64,000 bases of DNA, from contig NMRA01000444.1 in the NCBI GenBank assembly GCA_002633005.1, positions 99,456 to 163,455 on the forward strand. The letters run 5' to 3'. The notes beneath the pieces are model-generated. The model was not told where the DNA came from, did not search any database, and saw only the letters and a program-made list of their open reading frames with translations. The stretch comes from Phoronis australis (Eukaryota; Animalia; Phoronida). This document shows positions 35,601 to 45,520 of the stretch, piece by piece (within the stretch, counting starts at the first letter, position 1; each line of letters begins with the position of its first letter). A program made the position numbers and the translations under genes.

Positions 35601-38600
35601 TACAAAGATAAGATTCCGGCCCCTGATGAGGTAGTTTCAAGATTTGGAAGTTGAGACAAATCTTAGACTTGAGTCAAAATGAACTTAAAGGAGAATGCCA
35701 CCCAAAAACAACCTATTTTGTATCACTTTAGATCGAGTAGTTCTACTCGATAACGGCACGTTCGGTTGCGTTACCTGACACCTGACGACAGACGGAGGTG
35801 TTGAAATTATCCAATGACGTCATTGGTTTCACACGCAGTCTGTTCAGCAGTTCACAACACGGATTACTGGTGTCGGCTTATAGCTTGAATTCAACGTTTA
35901 ACACCAATAAATCATCAAACTTCGATGTAAAACCCTTAAAAATACACCGAGTGTTGTTTTATTTCGCTGTTACGGATTGATTGGTATTTGGACACACCGT
36001 AGCCTACAAAGTTCGGCAGGCTAATTTACCAAGGACCGTAGCAGGAGTTTGGGGTCTGTTCGGAGATAAATTCGAAGTGTTCTTCCGTGAAATACAGACA
36101 GAAGAACCTAGATCTGTTTTGTTTAGACTTGAGATTTTTTGAGTTCTAAACACACAAAATGCTTGTTATCCCGGCCAGAGACTCGGAACCCGACCAGGCC
36201 CGTCGCGGCCGGACTGACTCGTTATCCCGACCGTTGGCTCGGAACCCGATCAGGCCCGTCGCGGCCGCCGGGACTGGCACGAACATAAACCAGCTTGAGT
36301 TGGAAACTAAACCTCGAGTCACGAAAAGACTATAATAGTGAGCCAAAGAAATAATGTGCACGTAATTATATATGTGAATTAGCCACGAAACTGAAAATCT
36401 ACTTACTTCTGGGGGGGGGGGGGGCGAAGTCAGGTTCCCCTTCCACAGACTGTCAGGGCATAGGTTGAACAGTAACAATGATTTGGATAATGTATTTGTA
36501 TTTCTAAATAAAGATTCCCCTAACATGTGACCATAGCATATAAAATCGAGTAATAATTGTTTCACAACAGCTTTTTGTCAGCAAACACTGAATTAGCATG
36601 CGCTCACACGACTTCGGTGCCCGGTCAATTACCTTTACTGCCGGCATCAAACGCCGGTAACGCAGTGGTTTATTCATTGCTCAACATTTGTTCTCACGAA
36701 TACTGCAAAGGCATTACAAATTGTATCTAATGAGACAGACTTTGTTTCAGTTTTATGTAAGCATTGGTTAGGATGGGAATAATTCATTTTGAAACAGAAC
36801 GCAGAATAATCAGTAAACGTCTACGTGACAACTCACCCGGCGCCAATCCCGACTTAGTCAAGAGCTCATCCGACAAAGACTTCACTGGTCGGATCGTATA
36901 GGTTTCACAGGCTAGCAGGTCGAACCGGAATACACTGATCAAGAAATACTAGAGAGGCGCTGTGAACATGCACACGCAACGGCCCGTATGGGTAGTTCTT
37001 TGGTAAGCCGGAATTCGTCACAAAAATCACTGTCGACGAAATGCCGGCCACAGACACGGAGATGCTTCACGGCCTCATACTTGCTATTAACAGCGTACTT
37101 GTCATTCTTCACTACCGCGAGCCACTTCCTAAGCACTTTGGGCTCTCGAGAAAGTCGAAAAAACGATTTACCCGCTTTATTCGCAGATTCATATTTCGGA
37201 TAAGCGGGAACGATGCACTGCGGCATTCACTCTGAAGACGAACCATTGACGTCGCTGCGTCGTTTCTCACCTTCCTCACATGTTAACGCGACACCTCTCG
37301 GCAAGGTGAGGTCGACCGTATAAGAGGCGATGTGGATATAGACCGATTAACATGGTAAAAAAGACTAATTAAATCGGGTGGCATTCTCCTTGAAGACGGT
37401 TTCTTGGAACTGGCCCCTTGAACGCAAGTCTTTGGTAATACAAAGGACACTACGTGACTCAAGGTGCAGTCACGTGTGTAGGTTGCTGAACTAGTAAGTG
37501 TATTCGTCAGGTGTAACTAGCAGTGATGTTCACTTCTTGCTATAATGCTGAGCGTGAATAGCTCTTTCGCAGCCTCCAATCAATAATCATATATGGTCTG
37601 GTTTTTATAACCTTAGTAATAGGAATGAAAATTTCACTTTTTATTATATGGTCGCCACAATTTAGATTATAGCGGTGATGTTTTGTTACTCCAAAGCATA
37701 CTATAAGTGATTTCATTTTAAATGTCACTGTAAGCATATTGATTAATTTCTACCAATGCTGAGCTTTTTATTTGTGTTTCATTTTCTTGATATGGTGCTT
37801 CATTAATTGTGTATTTTTTCCTGTTGGTTTCGTTATTTTCGTTGAATTATTGCTCATTATCTTGTTTTTGTCCAAATAATTTATCGAACAGCACATTTAA
37901 GCGTAGATATAATAATTCGCTTTCTGGGCTCGTACTTTGTACTGTTATTTAATTGGCTTCTACTTGCGTCGCAATAACAAACGGGAAGGTAAAATACGGC
38001 ATTCAAAACCAGGAGAAAGGTTTTCAGGAAAAAGTAGGGTTATTTTTTCAATTGGCAGCGAGAACATGCGTTCGACTGAAATAACACTGGGACAGATGTT
38101 TCAACAGCGGGCTCTAAAGTTCTGTCAGTAGTACTTACATATTCCCGTTCCCATGCAGTTGACATTCAGGTCATAAATATGGTTTGAATGTGAATTGGTC
38201 ACTCCGAAGCCAACGTAGTTGGTGCAGTCTAGAATGTGTGAATGTTCACTTGTGCACCTCGCCAGAGTGATCCACACTTTTTGTGACTGGTCACCAATCC
38301 TGTCTGCAATGGTGTACGTTCTACCGCCCTGAAAACCTAGCTGTTTGCAAATGGTGAGTCCAGCCGATCCACTGGAGGCAATGGTACCCCAAACGCCATT
38401 GAAGCCAATCTCCACCAGTCCGGAGTTGGGACCTGGATTAAGTCGAACTTGAAATCCTGTGCGATAAACAATTTAACAGGTTCTCTTTCATTTATCTTCT
38501 CTTCAAAGCGTCTACAAACCCTCCTTCCATCACAAAACGCATTTCATTTAAACCATTTTCCGTTATGGAATTGTTCTCAAAATTTTCTTAGGTAAATAAG

Positions 38601-41600
38601 AGGTGATTTCCCGGCTTGGAAAGTTTTAGAACTGGCAACACGTAGCCCCTCAGGGTCCACAGGCGATGTAGTTGCCTATTATTGCTCGAGACGAGGGACC
38701 TGTTTCATGAAAAGTGACTCAAGACTTAAGACAGAAATTTGGTCTTTAAGCTCCACCCAATTATTTTTGAAAGATGTCTCGTAAGACCGAATTTCAGTCC
38801 TAAGTCACTTTCACGAAACAGGCCCGAGGCACTACAAATTTTCTTGTGACAGTATGACGTAATTAATGGCTCCGAGCATGGTCTCAAGGCATATCGAACT
38901 GTCCGTAATGCAAACCTAAAGTGAAATTAACAGCTTGTCAAAATCCTGCTATAAGTAAAGACTTACCGTCATCATTGTAACACATTACTCCGGCGTGATT
39001 AACGTTTCCGCAGGTGCTGCATTCCTCAAAGCTGCAGTCGTTAATGGAGACCTCGCTTCCAGAGCAGGTCACGTGAGCTACTTTGATTGCAATTGTTGCC
39101 TCCCTAAATGGCAGGGTTGATTTCCCATTACTATATCCAAGTTGTTTACAAACCTGAAAAAATCGCGCTCGATTTGATTAATCAGCATATTGCTGAGACT
39201 TTAATGCAGTGGACAGGACCAGTCTCTGAATCTTGAACTACGCAAATGGGTGATTCGAAATCAAGATTTATGAATTCTGAAAGAAATCTATTAAACTTGC
39301 TTAACCAAAATACAACGCTATGAAGAAAACAATTTTCTTCAGACTGGCGGAAGTGAAGTGCATAAGGAAATTATGTTTTATGTCCCACTAGTTTTTTGTG
39401 GGCGAAAAAGAGAGATCATGCAGGTCTTCACGAGATAACGACATGCAATACAAGCCGAAGCACGTGATCACACTAACTTCATCCGCGAGTGTCTTACATC
39501 TACGGAACGCATCCCCGGGTATGGGGAAAGCGGTGCATTTATGACAAAAACACCATTATTGATAGCACTCGGAGCATCCGGAACACCTCAGGTATTTTCG
39601 TACTATATACAGTAGGCTCAAAGTCATCTGAACAACCTCGGCATTTCGTAGCCTCAAATCGTCCCACGGAGCATCTAGAACATCTCGAGTGTTTTCATAC
39701 TCCAAATTTCAACAGCGGGGAGCTGAACGTCAGCTGTGCATGTGTAGACTTCAGTCGTACGGCAAGTCGTGTGATTTTCAAACTGGAGGGGGTTTGGAAA
39801 ATACTACCCGACCCCCGTTGCTTTGCTCAGTTTTGGAGCCCAATTCAAAATTTTAATGATTATTAAACTGGTAAGTTGCAGAGCTAGTTACGTTCACCTC
39901 TGGGCCACTATTTATTATCGATAAAAAGACAAACCAAATCTTCGAATTATTTCAATTAAAGTTTCATTACTGTTGCTGGCGCTGATCACCACCGCTTAAG
40001 CTGACCAGCGACGCCGAGATGCGAGCGAAAAAACTAACTTCAGGAATAATGTTTAAATTTCTGTGACCAAACATCCTCGCAATATTTGCAGACTGGCTCC
40101 AAAAACTTATTATCGAGCTCTGTTTTCGTCATTTACTCGCTCTCTCCACCTAGCTGAGTACATGTACATCACCAACTACTCAATTCGAAACCGTGCACTG
40201 ATCAAGAGAATGGCTTCAACTAGCAGACATCAAAACCCGTGCGCGTGACTTTATTCCCAATCGTTAGTCTATCTCCTGATGTACTCTAGTCTAAGCTTGT
40301 TGTCACAAGGGTATTCCGGTGCAAGATTCAATTAAAACATAAAAGATGTATAATTCTGGATGAATGCCTGGCTAAATTCTTCAAAGCAAGTGCGAGGGAT
40401 TCATATTCTAAAATCTTTATCTTGATTAGTTAGAAATCTTTTGAATCCCTGCTGGTTTAATTAGTCATTTATTAAACCTCTCTGATTCATTTCCTTTTTA
40501 TGTTACTATTGCACCCTTCGCATTTTGGTATCAAAAATATTTTTTAAACCTGTCAGGTATGCAAAATGATGATTATTTATGAATTGAATAATGTTTCGTT
40601 TGCTTCTGCTATAATCATACACATCAAAAATTGACGGCTTTCTAATATGACTCTTATGCAATTCAGCAGAAAAACGGCGGAGTTGCAGAAAGTTTTAGTG
40701 ACAATAAATTCCATAGGAATAACCAAAACCGGGACAAACAAATGCAAGCAAATACCCACGCATGCAACTAACACTAAGGAGTGTCGTACAATAAACTCCT
40801 TGCTAACACCAATGGAGGATAAAATCTTTACGAACAAATCGTAAAAATACCTGCTGAACCGGTTGAATTATTTTTCAGTGGCAGAGAACCACTTTGGATA
40901 ATGCAGTTCAGTTGTTTTGCGCGTTCCAGGCCTCTGTTAAATATACGCTGGAAAACGTTCAAAACTGGCTCATATCTAGGCTTTTTGTTAATAGTCAAAT
41001 CAGATTAAGAATGTTCGACTGTGTGTCAACCCACTTTGATGAGATAGCAGAACTACAGGATCATGACTAAAAGGGGTCTGACAGCGGACAACATTCTGCC
41101 ATTAAACCTGCACGGCACCAGTTTCCCCTAGCGTCTGTAAAAGAGACAAATCCGCACTACTACGTACTCGTATGACGAAACTCATCACCGCACAGACCGC
41201 ACAACATGTTTCACCTGCTCGAGAATTTATTAAAAGGTTGCTCATAAATAATTTGATATTGGGCGAATTAATTATTAGGAGATTGCATACCCTACTTTAT
41301 CTTCAAGATTAATTATTTACAGCCACGCTATTACGACCCCTTGAAAACGATTTCATTTGTCTTAATACTTGTAGCAGGACTCACCAAGTGCGAGCTAGCA
41401 AACGGTAAATAAAGTCACTAAAACAAGGGAACCTCGAATGCGGGGATGCGAAAGTCCCCGTCCCCTTTCAAGGACGCGTAGTTAGCAACTGTCGGAAATG
41501 AAAAAACGAGATACCTGAATTGAAGAACCGACGATCTACAGGCGGGCATCTGCACCTGACCCGAAATAATTTCCCTCTAGAGCCAAATAATCCGCGCGCG

Positions 41601-41975
41601 GTCACCTCCTACCTAAGGGAAACGTAGACGATCAAGACGTATTGCCCGTGCATGAGACATGAACGGTTCTCCGAGTTTACCGCACAACTACGACTCGTGT
41701 CAATTTACTTGCTGTAGTGATTTGAGCGCGACGTCGTGGCCACTTGGTTTCTTACCAGGACACCAAACAAAATCTGAGGTGGCCTTGGCGACCATGCTAA
41801 GCCAGTATACTATCGGCTGTAAATCTTAATAAATTCCCGTAAAATGTTTTTACCACTTTTGCATCATTGTCATCCCATCCTTTGGTTCTGTCGATCGCTG
41901 CCCATTCACTTGTACTGTTCAGGTAAACCTCCACGCGGCCGTAATCTGGTCCTGGAGTGGTCAACCGGACATCCC
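8416..41975 (-). CDS. Multi-exon DMBT1-like mosaic protein: SRCRx5-CTLD-SRCRx2-CUB-PANx2-fibrinogen-N-like-EGF-PAN (5' end incomplete)
   Basis: 18 exons with GT/AG boundaries and compatible phases: 41854-41975, 38967-39153, 38139-38456, 32860-32966, 28614-28857, 26549-27144, 19086-19212, 18508-18676, 17799-18009, 17448-17463, 16822-16975, 16100-16299, 15528-15784, 13251-13395, 11919-12007, 10319-11434, 9464-9719, 8416-8663. Total 4562 nt, open to TGA at 8416. Confidence 0.85.
9464..9719 (-). CDS. Exon: linker and EGF-like domain
   Basis: Acceptor TTTTTTCAG, donor GTAAGG; reads HPCKNFA...[18 protein letters not shown]. Confidence 0.8.
10319..11434 (-). CDS. Large exon: C-terminal half of CUB, two PAN/Apple domains, fibrinogen-N-like segment
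   Basis: CTDSVEV...RLCG...[25 protein letters not shown] (CUB); [12 protein letters not shown] and [17 protein letters not shown]...DCILH (PAN); PATCRDY...GIY...[14 protein letters not shown]. Confidence 0.9.
11919..12007 (-). CDS. Exon: middle of CUB domain
   Basis: TCTTGCAG / GTAAGT; reads [30 protein letters not shown]. Confidence 0.9.
13251..13395 (-). CDS. Exon: end of SRCR7 and start of CUB
   Basis: Reads [31 protein letters not shown]...[10 protein letters not shown]; donor GTAATG. Confidence 0.85.
14900..15050 (-). mobile_element. tRNA-derived SINE remnant
   Basis: On -: A-box-like TGGCATTGTGG, B-box GGTTCGAGTC, then a CCTTGAGTCAGG core-like segment; no cloverleaf. Confidence 0.55.
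15528..15784 (-). CDS. Exon: SRCR7 (divergent)
   Basis: Reads [29 protein letters not shown]...CAEFGY...GKGRGPV...NILDCSR. Confidence 0.85.
16100..16299 (-). CDS. Exon: second half of SRCR6
   Basis: Reads [22 protein letters not shown]...DAGVFC; TTCCAG / GTGAGA. Confidence 0.9.
16822..16975 (-). CDS. Exon: first half of SRCR6
   Basis: Reads [32 protein letters not shown]. Confidence 0.92.
17240..17301. repeat. 31-bp tandem duplication
   Basis: CCGAAGATATTCTACCGTATTTCTGAGCAAT x2. Confidence 0.9.
17448..17463 (-). CDS. 16-nt micro-exon (AHDKV) between the CTLD and SRCR6
   Basis: TTTTTTTCTTGCAG|GCTCACGACAAAGTAG|GTACGT; converts phase 0 to the phase 1 that the next exon needs. Confidence 0.7.
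17799..18009 (-). CDS. Exon: second half of the C-type lectin domain
   Basis: Reads YWIGLKN...W...DG...QPE...QCVSI...[15 protein letters not shown]. Confidence 0.92.
18508..18676 (-). CDS. Exon: first half of the C-type lectin domain
   Basis: Reads [15 protein letters not shown]...[16 protein letters not shown]. Confidence 0.93.
19086..19212 (-). CDS. Exon: end of SRCR5
   Basis: TTCTCAG|ECGYESRF...[11 protein letters not shown]|GTATG; continues CTGHESGIM from the exon ending at 26549. Confidence 0.75.
22234..23295 (+). CDS. Class A (rhodopsin-like) GPCR, peptide-receptor-like, 7TM region in one exon
   Basis: TM1 GN, TM2 NMACADL, TM3 Cys and SLDRY, TM4 W, ECL2 Cys, TM6 FIVCWVP, TM7 NPLVY. 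First ATG is at 22234; the frame is open from 22096, with a candidate acceptor at 22185-22186. Confidence 0.95.
   Translation: MTNYMMNNCDKYCSGKASLRAYNGTQITIEPFWMYTLPFQLPILSMAIVGNILVCLVVYRRWRSKKLKTPSRVGTGAHNNMFLLIFNMACADLGVAVFSTPISILLSIDPTYELSMPACMLQIVTLRWFLCASVFTMLCLSLDRYFVICTLGKKHIPIKVSLFCIWTLSASAFVTVLFRTDSYKIKPTMTLCVIEFEDTDDLFIADVSIVCTYVFCGIVILVVLYAKIFKFINSSLKNASVSGLTTSRRRYHVQKRILVMLLSIVFLFIVCWVPMVVYMISVLRSDVEIADYSTGVSIFVTWMTYLQNALNPLVYTAGSTQMRKEFVALFKCRPVADKNWSEEDGTRSQTSGP
24881..25045. repeat. Minisatellite, 33 bp x5, perfect
   Basis: ATTTTAGTATGCTAGTGACAATCGTATGATATT at 24881, 24914, 24947, 24980 and 25013. Confidence 0.97.
26549..27144 (-). CDS. Exon: SRCR4 and most of SRCR5
   Basis: Reads [22 protein letters not shown]...[13 protein letters not shown]...AVGALC, then [15 protein letters not shown]...[17 protein letters not shown]|GTAAGT. 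Confidence 0.93.
27441..27890. mobile_element. MITE with CCGTA termini and TA TSD (Tc1/mariner/pogo-like)
   Basis: TA|CCGTAGTGTCGCGTATTAG ... ATTAAAACGCGAAACTACGG|TA. Confidence 0.7.
28614..28857 (-). CDS. Exon: second half of SRCR3
   Basis: Reads VACRMLGF...[15 protein letters not shown]...AGINC. An alternative same-phase donor 12 nt earlier is possible. Confidence 0.88.
29328..29457. repeat. Minisatellite, 30 bp x ~4.3
   Basis: Unit approximately AATATGCGAGATACTGACGCGCACAAAGGC. Confidence 0.9.
30203..30968 (+). pseudogene. 5' part of a THAP-domain transposase (frameshifted, truncated)
   Basis: [12 protein letters not shown] / HRFP...RVCGKHF...LKKDAIPSV (C2CH THAP with AVPTIF-like box), then [16 protein letters not shown]...[13 protein letters not shown]. 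Confidence 0.85.
30968..31275 (-). pseudogene. 5' part of a KolX / P2X7 C-terminal (ballast)-like cysteine-rich protein
   Basis: Reads YMFEPEY...[27 protein letters not shown]; truncated where it meets the transposase fragment. Confidence 0.75.
32860..32966 (-). CDS. Exon: first half of SRCR3
   Basis: TTTCAG|..[26 protein letters not shown]|GTAAGG. Confidence 0.9.
33279..34676. mobile_element. Non-autonomous TIR element with related internal segments elsewhere in the window
   Basis: Ends TAGAACTCTAGCCCTGGAATGTCAACT and AGTTGGCATTCTAGGGCTAGAGTTCTA. The internal part 34185-34620 is similar to 40355-40770 and 47250-47515. Confidence 0.75.
34851..35066. repeat. Minisatellite, 42 bp x5
   Basis: CCCAAGATGGTACCACTCAAACTATTATGCATGACATGGTGG repeated, with one substitution in copy 4. 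Confidence 0.97.
35222..35623. mobile_element. MITE with ~90-bp imperfect TIRs (GGGCCCGG / CCGGCCCC ends, Harbinger-like)
   Basis: Left GGGCCCGGGTTCTAATCTTTTTACTCGAAA pairs with right TTTCGAGTACAAAGATAAGATTCCGGCCCC; rich in ACTCGA; a related start lies at 60450. Confidence 0.75.
35689..37390 (-). mobile_element. Kolobok-like non-autonomous element with a THAP remnant
   Basis: TTAA|AGGAGAATGCCACCC ... GGGTGGCATTCTCCT|TGAA. THAP ORF 36939-37226 reads MPQCIVPAY...KSFFRL...RKWLAVVKN...[13 protein letters not shown]. Confidence 0.85.
38139..38456 (-). CDS. Exon: SRCR2 (divergent)
   Basis: Reads [25 protein letters not shown]...ICKQLGF...[18 protein letters not shown]...DLNVNC|GTAAGT. Confidence 0.9.
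38696..38825. mobile_element. 130-bp hairpin MITE with 3-bp TSD (GAG), PIF/Harbinger-like
   Basis: GAG|GGACCTGTTTCATGAAAAGTGACT ... AGTCACTTTCACGAAACAGGCCC|GAG. Confidence 0.7.
38967..39153 (-). CDS. Exon: second half of SRCR1 (absent from the ORF track)
   Basis: TTTCAG|[10 protein letters not shown]...[15 protein letters not shown]...[10 protein letters not shown]|GTAAGT. Confidence 0.92.
41854..41975 (-). CDS. Exon: first half of SRCR1
   Basis: Reads [40 protein letters not shown]|GTAAAA. Confidence 0.88.
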
Positions 41976-42872
41976 CTAAGACCACAAATGTGTTGTACTG
42001 AATTATACATTACAATTATAAGTGAATTTACTTATTTGTGATATTAATTTTACTGCTACGATGCGTAGTCGTGATAGAAAGAGGTTTTACCTATTGATTC
42101 GTTTAAAACATAATAAACAAGTTTGTCAATCAATTAGTATACGTCAAACTTATTTAATACATAAACCTAATGAAAAATTGATGGCGGCATTTTTATCAAG
42201 TAAATAAAATAAATTCGTTACCTATTTGAGCCGCAAGTCCAAATTGTGATATGCCCATTAGTAGCAGAACGTATATTTCCATTCTGAAAGTCTTTATCTT
42301 GTTACTGGAACAGCCTCAAACCTCGTCAGTTTTGAAACTGATTGCGTGTTGAACGCGAAGCACGGCCTAAAATCGATAGCATGATTAAACTGACATCATG
42401 GCCAGTAAATATTGACCAACAACGTCGATTCCACTCTGAAACTTAAACATGCAAATTACTTCATGCCTTACGGGAAAAGTTAAAAGTATACATGTAGTTA
42501 GATCAACTCCTCTGTTACTTTATGTACGCGCGTACTAAGGTCCATGTGCCAATATCATTGTTAGACATGGTATGGGTATCAGTTGCCTCACAACGTCTCT
42601 CTCTTTTTATTGCCCATTTTACCGGAGACCATTATTTTTTATTTGTTTTGTATTATCTATGATATTCCTTGTAATTGTATTTTGTCATAATAAATGACCC
42701 TTTTCGCCCATCTCGGTCTCCTTTTCATCTCTGGTAACGAACTTGTGATGCACGTACCACTTATATATTACTCGGGACATATGTCAACCATAACTGTTTT
42801 TGCCAACTGTCTCGTTAACAGGAATACTCGTAACAATCTAGTTTTGTAACGAATAAATCAAGCCTCACTCAC

Positions 42873-42945
42873 AGGCAATTTTAAAAAGTTGTTCCCTGGT
42901 TTCGTTCAGGTATGCGCTTAATTTCGCATCAAGGAGCAACTTCAT
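42873..42945 (-). CDS. Candidate upstream exon of the SRCR gene
   Basis: AATTGCAG|MKLLLDAKLSAYLNETREQLFKIA(T)|GTGAGT; its phase-1 end fits the next exon; no recognisable domain. Confidence 0.4.
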
Positions 42946-43633
42946 CTGCAATTTTATGGGCTTAAGAACGCGTAAATACGATATGTATATTGTACGCTCA
43001 AAATAGATTTAAATCACCTAACCACCTCTTGCGGCATCAGTTGGCACTGTTGGGCATAGTGGGACGGAATTTTTCCTTTGTCATAGCGCCACCTTTATAA
43101 CAGACTACCCACTGAAGAACTGGCAAGGGTGTAGGATTGAATTTTGATTAAAATCATCTTCCGGTTGAGACATTGAAACCTACCAATACATTGGACGATT
43201 TTTATTTTTTATAACGAAGTTGTAAATTAAAAGAAATCGATCAAAAAAAACCAAGATACGTTGTTTGGTAAATCGATTACTTAAATACCTTTTTAGTATA
43301 AATGAACTCGTTGACCTAGGTTTATATGCACCCTATGCTGAATCTTATGTTTGGTGCACATGTGAATTTCTCATGGTGAGAACTTGCAAAATGTCTGCAT
43401 GAATACGTCGTACAAAGAGAAAAAAGATTGCTTTGAATAGTGTCGGTTTCTATAATTTATATAACTTGTCAACAAAGAAAGCCAAAAAGGAAATCGAATT
43501 CTTACAGCTCTGCGATATTTTTCCACGTGACATAACTTGTTTGCTAACAAAACACAGAGCAGATTTAAGTCTTGCTTCCCAGTAAAACATTAAGGTATCA
43601 CTTGCAAATTGTTTAGAAACTATTTTTATATCG

Positions 43634-43850
43634 TAGTACAGCACACCTCTTCAATTCTCAGTATACCCCATAGTGTACAGCACACCTCTGTACAATTGTC
43701 AGTATAATCCATGGTGTACAACACGCCTCTGTACAATTCTCAGTATACCCCATAGTGTACAGCACACCTCTGTACAATTGTCAATATACCACATAGTGTA
43801 CAGCACACTCTGTACAATTTTCAATATACCCCATGGTGTACTGCACATGT
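43634..43850. repeat. Diverged minisatellite, ~41 bp x ~5.5
   Basis: Unit approximately TAGTGTACAGCACACCTCTGTACAATTCTCAGTATACCCCA. Confidence 0.9.
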
Positions 43851-44979
43851 GTCACTACACCTCAGTGGTGTACAGTTGCTATTTTTGAGAAAAGAATAGC
43901 AGTGCATGAGGCAAATATAGCTGATAAGAAAAGAATTATATTCACTTGAAAAGAGTGGTGGAAACGTCTGTACGGTTGTCTACCGCGAAGTTGTCAAACT
44001 GTGGCACTGTTCAAGAAACTACCTGCTCTAGTTGTTGCCATTGGTTACAGTTTAATTTCCATGCCGTCAAGAGGCAAGCCTCAGACGCAAGACGGCACAA
44101 CTATAAAAACTCTAAAGAAGAGCAGATCATAAGCGCATCTGAGTACTAAACTAACAAATGTAATGTAACTTAGCTTCAGCAAAAAAACGACTGAGCGTGC
44201 TTTGGGGATTTTTTCAGAAGGCAAGACTTACGGTTCAAACTCTTCAGCGAAGACACTTTACTGAATTTTTAAAGTTTTGGGCACCACTGAAACAGCTTTA
44301 ATTGAACAAACAAATTGTCATATTTGACTTGTGTTACGATTCATTTTGTGCAGTTTTATCGAAACAGAAGCGAGAAGAGCCCTTGCACTGTTCGTGTCAG
44401 AAAGATTTTTGTCTAGTAATCTTCAGACTGTGGCTTTAAAGTTACTACCGTATTTAGATTGAATTGCCCAGACGGCAGGAAATTTACCACGTGATCTCGT
44501 GTTAAACCCCCCCCCCTCGGGCCAGGACCCAAAAATTAAAAAAAAACGTCTCCAGCAAAACAAAAACGGCACCGCCAGCGTGTGTAAACCCCGAGTAAAC
44601 CAACTTGGAAAATTGCGGGGAGGCTGTATTTTCACAACAAAGTCTTGCGGGACTCGTGCGATGTTGAATGGGCCTTCTAAGGAGCCCTAGTGCCGACCTC
44701 AACACCTACCGTCTTTCTACCTACAATAAGCACCACTGAGGTTTTCTATACTGGGAATTTCCGCAGAAAGGCCCACCCAACGAAACGCCCATGCCCATGG
44801 GCATTTATTTGATGTTAGTACTTCGGGTTTCAAGCGTTCACACATTGGGACGTTTATTTCGAAAATTGCAAGTGATGCAAATGGGTCCTTGGATACATCG
44901 TCAAGGTTTGAAGTAGTCCATGATGAACGGAACAAATTTAGTTGCGCATGCTGTAATTAAGTCTTCTGAATGGACTTGG

Positions 44980-45520
44980 TAACCTCAGGGGGCTTAGTGT
45001 GCCAACTGAGCTGCGAAACGAGATGCTGCATTGTAGAGGTGGACAAGCTCATTGACACAACAGTTGACGAAGTGCAAGCGTTGGGAACAAACGTCGAAGA
45101 TATCTGAGTAGAATGGTTCTAAGACAAGCAAACCATTGGATCCGATATACAGATACCTCGGCAGTCTAGACAGCAGGAAGATAGGACCAACGTTTTTGGA
45201 GAAACACCCAGGTAATAAGTTATAATTATTCACAGTTTGTAATAACGTCGGTTTTTTATGCTTGTGTACAATGAAAACGAAATAGAAATTATTTTTAGAC
45301 ATGCCAAATTTACCCAGTACACCAGAGGGTCTACGAGCGCACAGAAACTGATTCTGGCTTGTATTTCCACATGAGTCTATCTGCTTCATATCCAAAATCT
45401 TATTTCACGTAGTGCGTAGTTAAATCTGTACCCAATACTTGTTTCTTCCAGTGAGTACTACAGAACGGTGCGGAAACCCTTCCTTGACAACCTCTCGCAG
45501 CAGTTGACCACCAGATGTGT
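44980..45520 (+). pseudogene. Decayed hAT transposase relic (PRKRIR/ZMYM1-like)
   Basis: Reads ...EDI*VEWF*DKQTIGSDIQIPRQSRQQEDRTNV and, after an ~200-bp interruption, EYYRTVRKPFLDNLSQQLTTRC. This matches the PR..RQ..R.N / YYR....PFLD....L..RF pattern of this family. Confidence 0.6.
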
